NCBI GenBank assembly: GCA_964646515.1
Contig: CAZYES010000001.1
Location: 7,582 to 71,581, forward strand
DNA: 64,000 nt
Direction: 5' to 3'
From: an uncultured Candidatus Saccharibacteria bacterium
Lineage (GTDB): Bacteria > Patescibacteriota > Minisyncoccia > Phycocordibacterales > PALSA-1337
Below are positions 8,710-16,478 of the stretch, piece by piece; position 1 is the first letter of the stretch; each line of letters opens with the position of its first letter. The position numbers and the translations under genes are program-made. The notes beneath the pieces were generated by a model. It had not been told where the DNA came from. It saw nothing but the letters and a program-made list of their open reading frames with translations, and did no database searches.

Positions 8710-10533
8710 ATGTTTTATAATACTCGTCGTCAAATCACCGCAGAAGAACGTGTCAAAGTTGGCGTGACATCCGATCTGATTGCGCACCTGCTGTTTCATC
8801 GTGGCCTAGCCGATTTGGCTTTGGCCAAGGATTTTCTGGAACCAAACTATGAAAAAGGCACCCATGACCCGTTTCTCTTGAAAGATGCAGAAAAGTGTGC
8901 GAGGAGACTTATTCAGGCTATAAAAAATAATGAAAGAACGGCAATATATGCCGACTATGACGCCGACGGCATACCAGGCGCCGTAATTTTCAATGATTTT
9001 TTCAAGAGAATTGGTTTCTCTAACTATCTGATTTATATTCCCCACCGTCACGAGGAAGGTTTTGGCTTGAATATGGGGGCGGTCAGGGATTTGGCTAGTC
9101 AAGGTGTAAAACTTTTGGTTACGGTTGATTGTGGAATCACCGATGTCACACAGATTTCGGTTGCCAACGATCTGGGTATGGATGTGATAGTAACGGATCA
9201 TCACGAACCGCCACAGTTGCCGTCTGGCCAATCTCATCCAGCTTTTGCCATTGTCGATCATAAACAGATTGGTTGCGAATATCCTGATAAAAATCTTTGT
9301 GGATCCGGTATAGTCTACAAAATCATTCAAGGGATATTGAAAATTGATCGTTTTGGCCTCAAAGAGGGTATGGAAAAGTGGTTTTTGGACTTAGTCGGCA
9401 TTGCCACGTTGTCCGATATGGTCCCTTTGGTCGGTGAGAATAGAGTCTTTGCTTATTATGGCTTGTCAGTTTTGAGGAAAAGTCCGAGGAAAGGTTTGAT
9501 GCAGTTATTTCGTAAGCTGAAAATTGATCAGAGACACCTTTCTGAAGACGATATAACTTTTATGGTTACGCCCAGGATCAATGCTGCTTCCAGAATGGGC
9601 GTGTCGAGGGACGCTTTCAATCTCCTTGCTACCGATAACGATGATGATGCTTATAAATATGTTGAACATCTCGATAAGATCAATAATGAAAGAAAAGGGG
9701 TTGTGTCTTCCTTGGTCAAGGAAGTAAAAAAAATAGTGCGTGAGAGACACCCTGGTGTCGTCGGCTCCGCAGAGAAATCTTCTACTGCAAATTCGGAGTC
9801 GTCTCTACCAAACGTGATCGTACTCGGTAATCCAGATTGGCGACCGTCCTTGCTTGGACTAGTCGCCAACTCTTGCGCGGAAGAATTCGATCGGCCTGTT
9901 TTTCTTTGGGGAAGAGATGGTGACAATATTATCAAGGGCTCATGTAGATCCGAAGGCAAGACCGATGTCGTCAGATTGATGCGTGCTGCGCCGGTGGAGT
10001 CGTTCAGTCAATTTGGAGGTCACCACTATTCTGGTGGTTTTGCGGTAAGTAATGAAGAGATACATTATTTAGAGGAGAGGCTGAATGATGCTCACAATAA
10101 AATATTTAATTCGAGTTCTGTAGTCGAGAACGATAAAGGGGTTACTGAAGTAACTAGTAATAGTAAAAGCATAATTGATATGGAGCTTTCAATCGATGAG
10201 GTCGATTTTGGTTTGTGTGCTGATATCAACAAGTTGGCGCCTTTTGGGGTGGGGAATTCCAAGCCCATTTTTCTCTTTAGAAAAATTATACCTGTCGGGA
10301 TAAAGATGTTTGGCAAAAGTAAAGATCATCTCGAATTGATATTCAAAAAGAAGGATAATTCTAGAATATCGGCGATTTCATTTTTTGGTGCAAATAATAA
10401 GTGGGCTAAAAAAGTGAAAACCAATGGTGAAATTGATCTTATTGCTTCGATAGAAAAATCGGTGTATCGTGGCAGGGAAGAACTTCGATTGAGAATTGTA
10501 GATGTGTTCTTGGGTCCGATTGGTTTAGATTAG
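8710..10533 (+). CDS. recJ: Single-stranded-DNA-specific exonuclease RecJ
   Basis: ORF 8680..10533 (GTG). DHH-family motifs DYDADGI and VTDHH, plus a DHHA1-like region. ATG 8710 preferred because of the -10 box position. Confidence 0.85.
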   Translation: MFYNTRRQITAEERVKVGVTSDLIAHLLFHRGLADLALAKDFLEPNYEKGTHDPFLLKDAEKCARRLIQAIKNNERTAIYADYDADGIPGAVIFNDFFKRIGFSNYLIYIPHRHEEGFGLNMGAVRDLASQGVKLLVTVDCGITDVTQISVANDLGMDVIVTDHHEPPQLPSGQSHPAFAIVDHKQIGCEYPDKNLCGSGIVYKIIQGILKIDRFGLKEGMEKWFLDLVGIATLSDMVPLVGENRVFAYYGLSVLRKSPRKGLMQLFRKLKIDQRHLSEDDITFMVTPRINAASRMGVSRDAFNLLATDNDDDAYKYVEHLDKINNERKGVVSSLVKEVKKIVRERHPGVVGSAEKSSTANSESSLPNVIVLGNPDWRPSLLGLVANSCAEEFDRPVFLWGRDGDNIIKGSCRSEGKTDVVRLMRAAPVESFSQFGGHHYSGGFAVSNEEIHYLEERLNDAHNKIFNSSSVVENDKGVTEVTSNSKSIIDMELSIDEVDFGLCADINKLAPFGVGNSKPIFLFRKIIPVGIKMFGKSKDHLELIFKKKDNSRISAISFFGANNKWAKKVKTNGEIDLIASIEKSVYRGREELRLRIVDVFLGPIGLD

Positions 10534-10542
10534 GTCTCAAAA

Positions 10543-10551
10543 TGCTAGTAT
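10543..10551 (+). promoter_or_regulatory. Extended -10-like box TGCTAGTAT, 6 nt upstream of the rnhA ATG
   Basis: TGCTAGTAT-gttttt-ATG. Confidence 0.4.
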
Positions 10552-10557
10552 GTTTTT

Positions 10558-11301
10558 ATGAGAAAAAATCCTAGGATAATAATTTTTACAGATGGGTCTT
10601 CACGCGGTAATCCCGGTCCAGGAGGATGGGCCAGTGTTATAGTGACGGGTGTTTTGCCAAAAATAGAGAGTAGAAAAGCCACAGTGACAGAAATAGGTGG
10701 CGCAGAAAAGATGACGACAAATAATAGGATGGAACTTGTGGCGGCAATGCAAGGCATTTCACATACGCCACAAGGTTCAGAAGTAACCGTTTACACGGAT
10801 TCGTCATATTTGATCAATGGTATGACGAAATGGATCAAGAATTGGAAAAGAAATGGTTGGGTTACCAAGACCAAAGGTGATGTGTTGAATAAAGATATAT
10901 GGATAACGCTTGATCGATATGTTAACGAGAGAAGTATCAGTTGGAAATATGTTGGTGGGCACATTGGTATTGTGGGCAATGAAAGATGTGATCATATAGC
11001 CACTAGTTTTGCTGATGGTATAAAAATAGAATTATATAGGGGTTTTCTTTCTGGGTATGATTTGCCCAATATCGTGAATATATCGGAAGACGACAAAAAA
11101 GTTATGATAAAGGAAAACAAATCTTCTCGCTCGAGATTGAAAGCTTATTCATATGTGAGTTTGGTCAATGGCATCATCAAAATTGATCATTCTTGGGCGG
11201 AGTGTGAAAGACGCGTCAAGGGAGTCGGGGGCGCAAGATATAAAAAAGCGACAGATGCTAGTGACGAAGCTAAAATTATCGAGGGATTCAGTATGGCGTA
11301 A
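10558..11301 (+). CDS. rnhA: Ribonuclease HI with a C-terminal hybrid-binding-like domain
   Basis: N-terminal RNase H fold with DEDD candidates (FTDGSS, NNRMEL, YTDSSY, NERCDHIA). The C-terminal ~50 aa (AYSYVSLVNGIIKIDHSWAECERRVKGVGGARYKKATDASDEAKIIEGF) resembles the RNase H1 N-terminal hybrid-binding domain. Confidence 0.8.
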   Translation: MRKNPRIIIFTDGSSRGNPGPGGWASVIVTGVLPKIESRKATVTEIGGAEKMTTNNRMELVAAMQGISHTPQGSEVTVYTDSSYLINGMTKWIKNWKRNGWVTKTKGDVLNKDIWITLDRYVNERSISWKYVGGHIGIVGNERCDHIATSFADGIKIELYRGFLSGYDLPNIVNISEDDKKVMIKENKSSRSRLKAYSYVSLVNGIIKIDHSWAECERRVKGVGGARYKKATDASDEAKIIEGFSMA

Positions 11302-11413
11302 ATATGGTCGTAGAGTATGGTCGGGAGATTTCATCTGGATTTGATTTTTTATTTATCAAGATTTTAATCTTTTTTTATTGGGATTTTATCTAAGATGAGT
11401 ACGATTAACTCTC

Positions 11414-12841
11414 ATGAAGAGAGGGGTTTTTGTTTTTTGGAGTATTCTCGTTGCGGTCGCGCTTTTGCGTTTGTGGCAATCTTTCGATGTAAAGGCACCA
11501 GATCTTGGTATATGTGTGGGACAAAACGTCAATGGCACCGGTATAGTTTACGAGGAACCAGAACGCAAAGAAACAGGGCAGATCTTTATGGTGTCTGTCC
11601 ACAGATTGTCTGTTGCTAGCACCTCGGCTGGATGTCGTGGTGATTTTCTTATTCGTCTGAAGACCAAGTTGTATCCTAGGTTTGTTTATGGTGACCTAAT
11701 TGAGTTTAGTGGAAGACTTTCTTTGCCGATTAATTTTGGCGGTGCCACCGGAAGAACTTTTGATTACAAAGGGTATCTGGCCAAAGATGGTGTTTTCTAT
11801 GAAATCAAGAGTGCCACGGTCTCTACCGTAATAACGGGGTCGTCAACCCCCGAAAAGAACGTTGCAAATGATGGAGATTTAATTAAAGGTTTACATGCTA
11901 GTGACAATGGCGCAATTGGTTGGCTAGCTCCTACTCTTTATTCTCTAAAGAGAAACTTTGTAAAAAATTTAGAGAAGATTCTCGGTGAACCTCATGCCGC
12001 TTTGGCTTCTGGACTTGTTGTCGGAGAGAAAGCCGCTCTGGGTAAAGATTTACTGGATGATTTTCGAATAGTCGGGCTTATTCATATCGTCGTTTTATCT
12101 GGTTATAACATCACTATCGTCGGCGATGCCATGAGACGTGCTCTTTCGTTTTTCCCTAGGATCTGGGGAATTGGTCTGGGTGGTATAGGTATTGCTTTGT
12201 TTGGTGTCATGGTCGGCGGAGGCGCAACAGTGGTTCGTTCATGTCTTATGGCCGGCATTGCTTTGTCGGCAGATCTCATTCGCCGCGAATATAACGTTAT
12301 GCGTGCCCTTATTTTTGCGGGATTGGCCATGATAGTCCAAAATCCCATGATTCTTTTGCATGATCCTTCTTTTCAGTTATCATTTTTAGCTACAATAGGA
12401 CTTATATTACTTGCTGGTCCCATTGAGAGGCACCTAAGGTTTGTCCCAAAAAGATTTGGTCTACGTGGCATTGTTGCCTCTACCCTGGCCACACAGGTTT
12501 TTGTCTCTCCTTATATCTTGTACATGATGGGCCAGTTTTCAGTTATCGGGGTAGTCGTCAATATCTTGGTACTACCATTTGTTCCTATGACGATGTTTTT
12601 CGTTTTTGTAGCCGGAGTGGTTGGTTTTATATCGCTTTCTTTTGCACAAGTTTTCGGTTGGATTGCATACTCGTTGCTTTCATACGAATTATTTGTAGTA
12701 CGTCATTTTGCGCAGATGCCATTTGCTTCAGTCCATTTGCCATTATTTTCTGGTTGGTTAGTAGTTGGATTTTATAGCATGTTTTTTCTTATCTTATTAT
12801 TTGTCGCATGGAGAAGGAGAGTGCATGTAATATCACTATGA
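11414..12841 (+). CDS. comEC: ComEC/Rec2 DNA internalisation channel (OB/DUF4131 plus competence membrane domain; no MBL domain)
   Basis: 475 aa with an N-terminal TM, an OB-like region and multiple TM helices typical of the Competence domain. Confidence 0.8.
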   Translation: MKRGVFVFWSILVAVALLRLWQSFDVKAPDLGICVGQNVNGTGIVYEEPERKETGQIFMVSVHRLSVASTSAGCRGDFLIRLKTKLYPRFVYGDLIEFSGRLSLPINFGGATGRTFDYKGYLAKDGVFYEIKSATVSTVITGSSTPEKNVANDGDLIKGLHASDNGAIGWLAPTLYSLKRNFVKNLEKILGEPHAALASGLVVGEKAALGKDLLDDFRIVGLIHIVVLSGYNITIVGDAMRRALSFFPRIWGIGLGGIGIALFGVMVGGGATVVRSCLMAGIALSADLIRREYNVMRALIFAGLAMIVQNPMILLHDPSFQLSFLATIGLILLAGPIERHLRFVPKRFGLRGIVASTLATQVFVSPYILYMMGQFSVIGVVVNILVLPFVPMTMFFVFVAGVVGFISLSFAQVFGWIAYSLLSYELFVVRHFAQMPFASVHLPLFSGWLVVGFYSMFFLILLFVAWRRRVHVISL

Positions 12842-13824
12842 GGATCGTGGCCAAAACATTTATCATAACTTTGATTGTAATTGTGGCTACATTTATTTTT
12901 GGTCTTTATATATGGCGCGATGAACATCGCCCATCTATTCTGGAAATTTATGTCTTTCCTATGAAAAGTGGGCGTTCTATGTTCGTGCGTACGCCAGATG
13001 ATGTGAGAGTACTGATCGATGGTGGCTCAAATTCGGAAATCGTGCGTAAAATTACCGAAATATTACCTTTTTATTCAAGACGGATTGACATTGTGATTGC
13101 TACGAATGGTGACGGCAAAAATGTGTCGGGGCTGATCGATGTCGTAGATCGATATAAAGTTGGTCATGTATATATTCCGGCGGTAACGCTTCAATCTCTG
13201 GGCATAGCAAGCTCGACTGATCAGATCTATGGTACATTTGAAAGTGATCTTGTCAACAAGGGCATTGCGACTACCAAATTGTTGGCTGGCGATACCATAG
13301 ATCTTGATTCCAGAACAAATATTCGCATTCTATTTCCATTTAAGGACAATCAATTTGTTTATTCCAAGGCCAGTGCGCCAGAGTTGCTATTTGAAATAAT
13401 GATTGGTAATAATTTTTTGACATTTCTCGGTAATGCTTCAAATAAAATACAGAAGGCTATCGCTTCTTCAACTTTTTCCTCGTTTGTTTCTTTGGAAACT
13501 TCGTCGGCAGTAAAATCGATTCATCAGTCTCGCGTTCTAGTCCTTTCCCATAGCGCTTTACCGGCAAATATGTCGCCACAGCTTATGGGTAAAATACGGC
13601 CAGAATATTTGGTTTATTCAAGAGTAATAAGTCGTACGGTGACATCATCGCCCAGTAAATCATCAGCTCCTGTGACGAGTTCATCTAGCAGTGCTCGAAA
13701 GAAAAAAATGGTTATCGATCCGCTTGTCTCTGTTACAAATGAAAAGAGATTTAACTTAAAAGAAGGGAGAACAGTGAAAGTTGTTCTTGATGAGAAAGAT
13801 ATCAAAGTTATCGATCAACTTTAG
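12838..13824 (+). CDS. ComEC C-terminal metallo-beta-lactamase-like domain protein, metal ligands degenerate
   Basis: ORF 12808..13824. ATG 12838 overlaps the comEC TGA (ATGA). N-terminal TM, then ILEIYVFPMKSGRSMFVRTPDDVRVLIDGG and IDIVIATNGDGKNVSGL where ComEC MBL domains carry DVGQGD and THxHxDHxGG. Confidence 0.65.
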   Translation: MRIVAKTFIITLIVIVATFIFGLYIWRDEHRPSILEIYVFPMKSGRSMFVRTPDDVRVLIDGGSNSEIVRKITEILPFYSRRIDIVIATNGDGKNVSGLIDVVDRYKVGHVYIPAVTLQSLGIASSTDQIYGTFESDLVNKGIATTKLLAGDTIDLDSRTNIRILFPFKDNQFVYSKASAPELLFEIMIGNNFLTFLGNASNKIQKAIASSTFSSFVSLETSSAVKSIHQSRVLVLSHSALPANMSPQLMGKIRPEYLVYSRVISRTVTSSPSKSSAPVTSSSSSARKKKMVIDPLVSVTNEKRFNLKEGRTVKVVLDEKDIKVIDQL

Positions 13825-13844
13825 TTTTGCCCTATCCGTGTTTG

Positions 13845-14087
13845 CTAGATCAATCCAGCTTTTTTCAAGGTTTTGAGTGCGCCGTTTTTTTGGATTGTGC
13901 GCAGAGCTCTCGTAGACACATTCAAGACTATAGTTTTTTTCAGTTCGGGAACATAGATGCGCTTTTTTTGCAGGTTTGGGTACTTTCTAATTGTGCCACA
14001 AGGATTGAATTGTGTGGCACGAGTACGGTTCGAGTAGCGACCGCCTACGACCGATTTCTTCTGAGTTATAGCGCATATTTTTGCCAT
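13845..14087 (-). CDS. rpmB: 50S ribosomal protein L28
   Basis: 80 aa; MAKICAITQKKSVVGGRYSNRTRATQ is typical of L28. Confidence 0.9.
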   Translation of the reverse strand: MAKICAITQKKSVVGGRYSNRTRATQFNPCGTIRKYPNLQKKRIYVPELKKTIVLNVSTRALRTIQKNGALKTLKKAGLI

Positions 14088-14174
14088 GGTAGTATTGAGA
14101 AACTATGCTATCATAAATCGTCCCCTTAAATCAAGTGACAGGTTTCGAGGAGGGATGATCATAAGTGCCAAAAC

Positions 14175-14780
14175 ATGTTGCAGGTTTTATCTATAGTTAT
14201 TCTTATATTGTCAGTTATCATCCACGAAGTTTCCCACGGCTATATGGCTGATGTCTTGGGCGATCCTACGGCCAGACTGCAGGGTAGATTGACTCTGAAT
14301 CCAATAAAGCATATGGATCCGGTGGGTTCTGTGCTTATTCCACTGCTTACTACTTTTTTGGCCGGTTTTACTTTTGGCTGGGCGAAACCAGTTGTTTACA
14401 ATCCATATAATTTGAGAAATAAGAGGCAGGGAGAGTTTCTCATAGCTATCGCTGGTCCGTTTTCGAACCTATTACTCGCTTTAATTTTTGGGATGATTAT
14501 GCGGTTTACTATTGGTCCAGCGGGTATTATTACACCGTTTATAGAGATTGTCTCGTATATCGTTATTATCAATATAATTTTAGCGATCTTCAATTTGATT
14601 CCACTGCCGCCACTTGACGGCTCGAAACTTTTTTTGGCTTTTTTGCCAAATCAGTATGGCCAAATCCGTGTGGCTCTAGAAAGATACGGGTCAATTTTTG
14701 TTATCATCGCAGTACTTTTTCTCTGGCAATTGGTTGTGCCTATAGTGCCTTTCATCTTTAATTTATTCACTGGCTTATAA
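14175..14780 (+). CDS. Site-2 protease family (peptidase M50-like) membrane metalloprotease
   Basis: HEVSHG (HExxH) in the first TM region; polytopic membrane protein; LNLIPLPPLDG motif. Confidence 0.8.
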   Translation: MLQVLSIVILILSVIIHEVSHGYMADVLGDPTARLQGRLTLNPIKHMDPVGSVLIPLLTTFLAGFTFGWAKPVVYNPYNLRNKRQGEFLIAIAGPFSNLLLALIFGMIMRFTIGPAGIITPFIEIVSYIVIINIILAIFNLIPLPPLDGSKLFLAFLPNQYGQIRVALERYGSIFVIIAVLFLWQLVVPIVPFIFNLFTGL

Positions 14781-14837
14781 ATATGTAGCGGTAGTTTTTG
14801 TTGTTTTGTGCCATATGCGGTGGACCAGTACACAGAG

Positions 14838-14866
14838 TTGACAATTTTTTGCGTATATGTAAGGAT
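14838..14866 (+). promoter_or_regulatory. Candidate promoter for the structured RNA (perfect -35 TTGACA, weak -10)
   Basis: TTGACA 14838-14843, 17-nt spacer ending in TGT, then AAGGAT 14861-14866. Confidence 0.35.
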
Positions 14867-14872
14867 TGACTA

Positions 14873-15298
14873 CAGATTAGTCTTGTCTGGGTGTTGTCGT
14901 GGTGTCGATGATGTTTCCGCGACGTTGGCATTATTGGCAACATCCAGACCAAATTTAGGGCTTGCCTAGAACCCCATTCGCAGTTTTCCTCTGCTCGTGT
15001 GTTTGCTTCGATTGGTAGTTTGGCCAAGTCCATGGTGCCCCGACCGTCTTTCGTTGGCGTTTCAGCGGTCGGTGGCACCATTTACTCTTCCTGTTCTTTT
15101 ATTTTTATCACAGCGGTTGCTTTTGTCCTTTTGAGCCGTCTGTGATCAGGGTTGCCAGTGTTCCCCCCCCCCCCTCCCACAAACACTGGCACCCTGTCTC
15201 TTAGTCACCGTAAATGGGTTTATCGGACCTTTCTCCTTGTGTTCAATGCCCATTTGCCGTGGCACGCGCCGCAATCTTTCGTAGGTTGCGGCGTTTTT
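14873..15298 (+). ncRNA. Unclassified structured RNA candidate (strand tentative)
   Basis: GC-rich non-coding gap between the M50 protease and rpsL. Three long near-perfect hairpins at 15032-15081, 15107-15146 and 15147-15196. Two further helices contain G-U pairs on the + strand that become A-C mismatches on the - strand. Bounded by a promoter-like site and the terminator at 15267-15300. Confidence 0.5.
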
Positions 15299-15300
15299 CT
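15267..15300 (+). terminator. Intrinsic terminator
   Basis: 8-bp GC-rich stem CGCCGCAA / TTGCGGCG with an 11-nt loop, followed by TTTTTCTT. Confidence 0.7.
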
Positions 15301-15444
15301 TGCATAAAAAATCATTGCATGCTAAGTTGTTGTAATTACCCTTATAAGCAGGGTTTATTAAATAAATTTAGGCAATAATGAGTAATCGTCACAAGCAGTC
15401 CTTTTGGAGACGACTAAAGCTTGTGTGGTGAAGAATTTCAGTTT

Positions 15445-15864
15445 ATGCCAACGATCAATCAACTTACGAGATCTTATCGAAAGCGTTTCAAACAGAAATC
15501 CAAGTCTGTAGCCTTGACTCGTACCTTCAATACTATAAAAAATCGTCCAACCTTTTTTCCGGCACCGTTTAAGAGAGGTGTATGTACAAAAGTTACTACA
15601 AAAACTCCAAAGAAGCCCAACTCTGCCATTAGGAAGATTGCTCGCGTGAGGCTCACTAACGGGATGGAAGTTACGGCCTATATTCCTGGCGAAGGACACA
15701 ATTTGCAAGAGCATGCTGTGGTATTGCTTCGTGGCGGCCGTGTTAAGGATGTAGGTTTACGGTATTCCATTGTGCGTGGTGTTTTGGATTGTGCCGGAGT
15801 GGAGAAGCGTCGCAAAGGTCGTAGTCAGTATGGTAACAAGAAGCCAAAGACGGCCACAGCTTAA
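15445..15864 (+). CDS. rpsL: 30S ribosomal protein S12
   Basis: MPTINQL N-terminus, KKPNSA(I)RK motif. ORF track begins at an upstream TTG (15421). Confidence 0.95.
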   Translation: MPTINQLTRSYRKRFKQKSKSVALTRTFNTIKNRPTFFPAPFKRGVCTKVTTKTPKKPNSAIRKIARVRLTNGMEVTAYIPGEGHNLQEHAVVLLRGGRVKDVGLRYSIVRGVLDCAGVEKRRKGRSQYGNKKPKTATA

Positions 15865-15948
15865 TTGATTTTAAATATACTAGGAAAAACTTTAGGCAAC
15901 ATAAACTATTTTGGCAAAATTCAAAATAAATTATCATAAGCAAATACC

Positions 15949-16419
15949 ATGCGAAGAAAATTAAACATAAAGAGGGAATTGAGACCGGATGTAACATATA
16001 ATTCTCTTAAATTATCTAAGTTCACGAATTATATTATGCAATCTGGCAAAAAAAATATCGCCAGAAAGATTGTTGTTGATTGCATGAATGAAATCAAAGA
16101 GAAAGCCAAGGTCGAAAACCCTTTGGAAATATTTGAGTCGGCCCTGAAAAACACGACTCCATCTATGGAGGTAAGATCACGCCGAGTCGGCGGGGCCAAC
16201 TATCAGGTTCCACGAGAAGTTCGTCCAGAGCGCAAGCAAGCTTTGTCTATGAAGTGGATTATTGAGGCAGCGCGTAATAAGAAAGGCAAGCCTATTCATA
16301 TTAAGTTGGCAGAGGAGATCATCTCCGCCTCAAAGAACGAAGGTGAAGCAATCAAAAAACGTGAAAATGTACACAAAATGGCCGAGGCCAATAAAGCGTT
16401 TGCGCACTTTGCTTGGTAA
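15949..16419 (+). CDS. rpsG: 30S ribosomal protein S7
   Basis: 156 aa; conserved VGGANYQVP and C-terminal AFAHFAW-type motif; follows rpsL. Confidence 0.95.
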   Translation: MRRKLNIKRELRPDVTYNSLKLSKFTNYIMQSGKKNIARKIVVDCMNEIKEKAKVENPLEIFESALKNTTPSMEVRSRRVGGANYQVPREVRPERKQALSMKWIIEAARNKKGKPIHIKLAEEIISASKNEGEAIKKRENVHKMAEANKAFAHFAW

Positions 16420-16478
16420 TAAGTCGTCTTTTATTATTAGGGAGTAATTGAGTGTTTGTATATTAACATTAAATATTT

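Noticed and set aside
14767-15081. 104-aa minus-strand ORF inside the GC-rich intergenic element
   Set aside because: The composition (H/R/T/P-rich, no domain pattern) looks like translated structured RNA. It overlaps the long hairpins and has no start-site signals.
14870-15300. Assigning the structured element as RNase P RNA (rnpB) on the minus strand
   Set aside because: Several collinear strings resemble type A motifs. However, the candidate P4 strands do not pair in the canonical arrangement, no P1/P2 closure could be found, G-U versus A-C evidence favours the + strand, and the transcription signals are on the + strand. It is left as unclassified pending cmscan.
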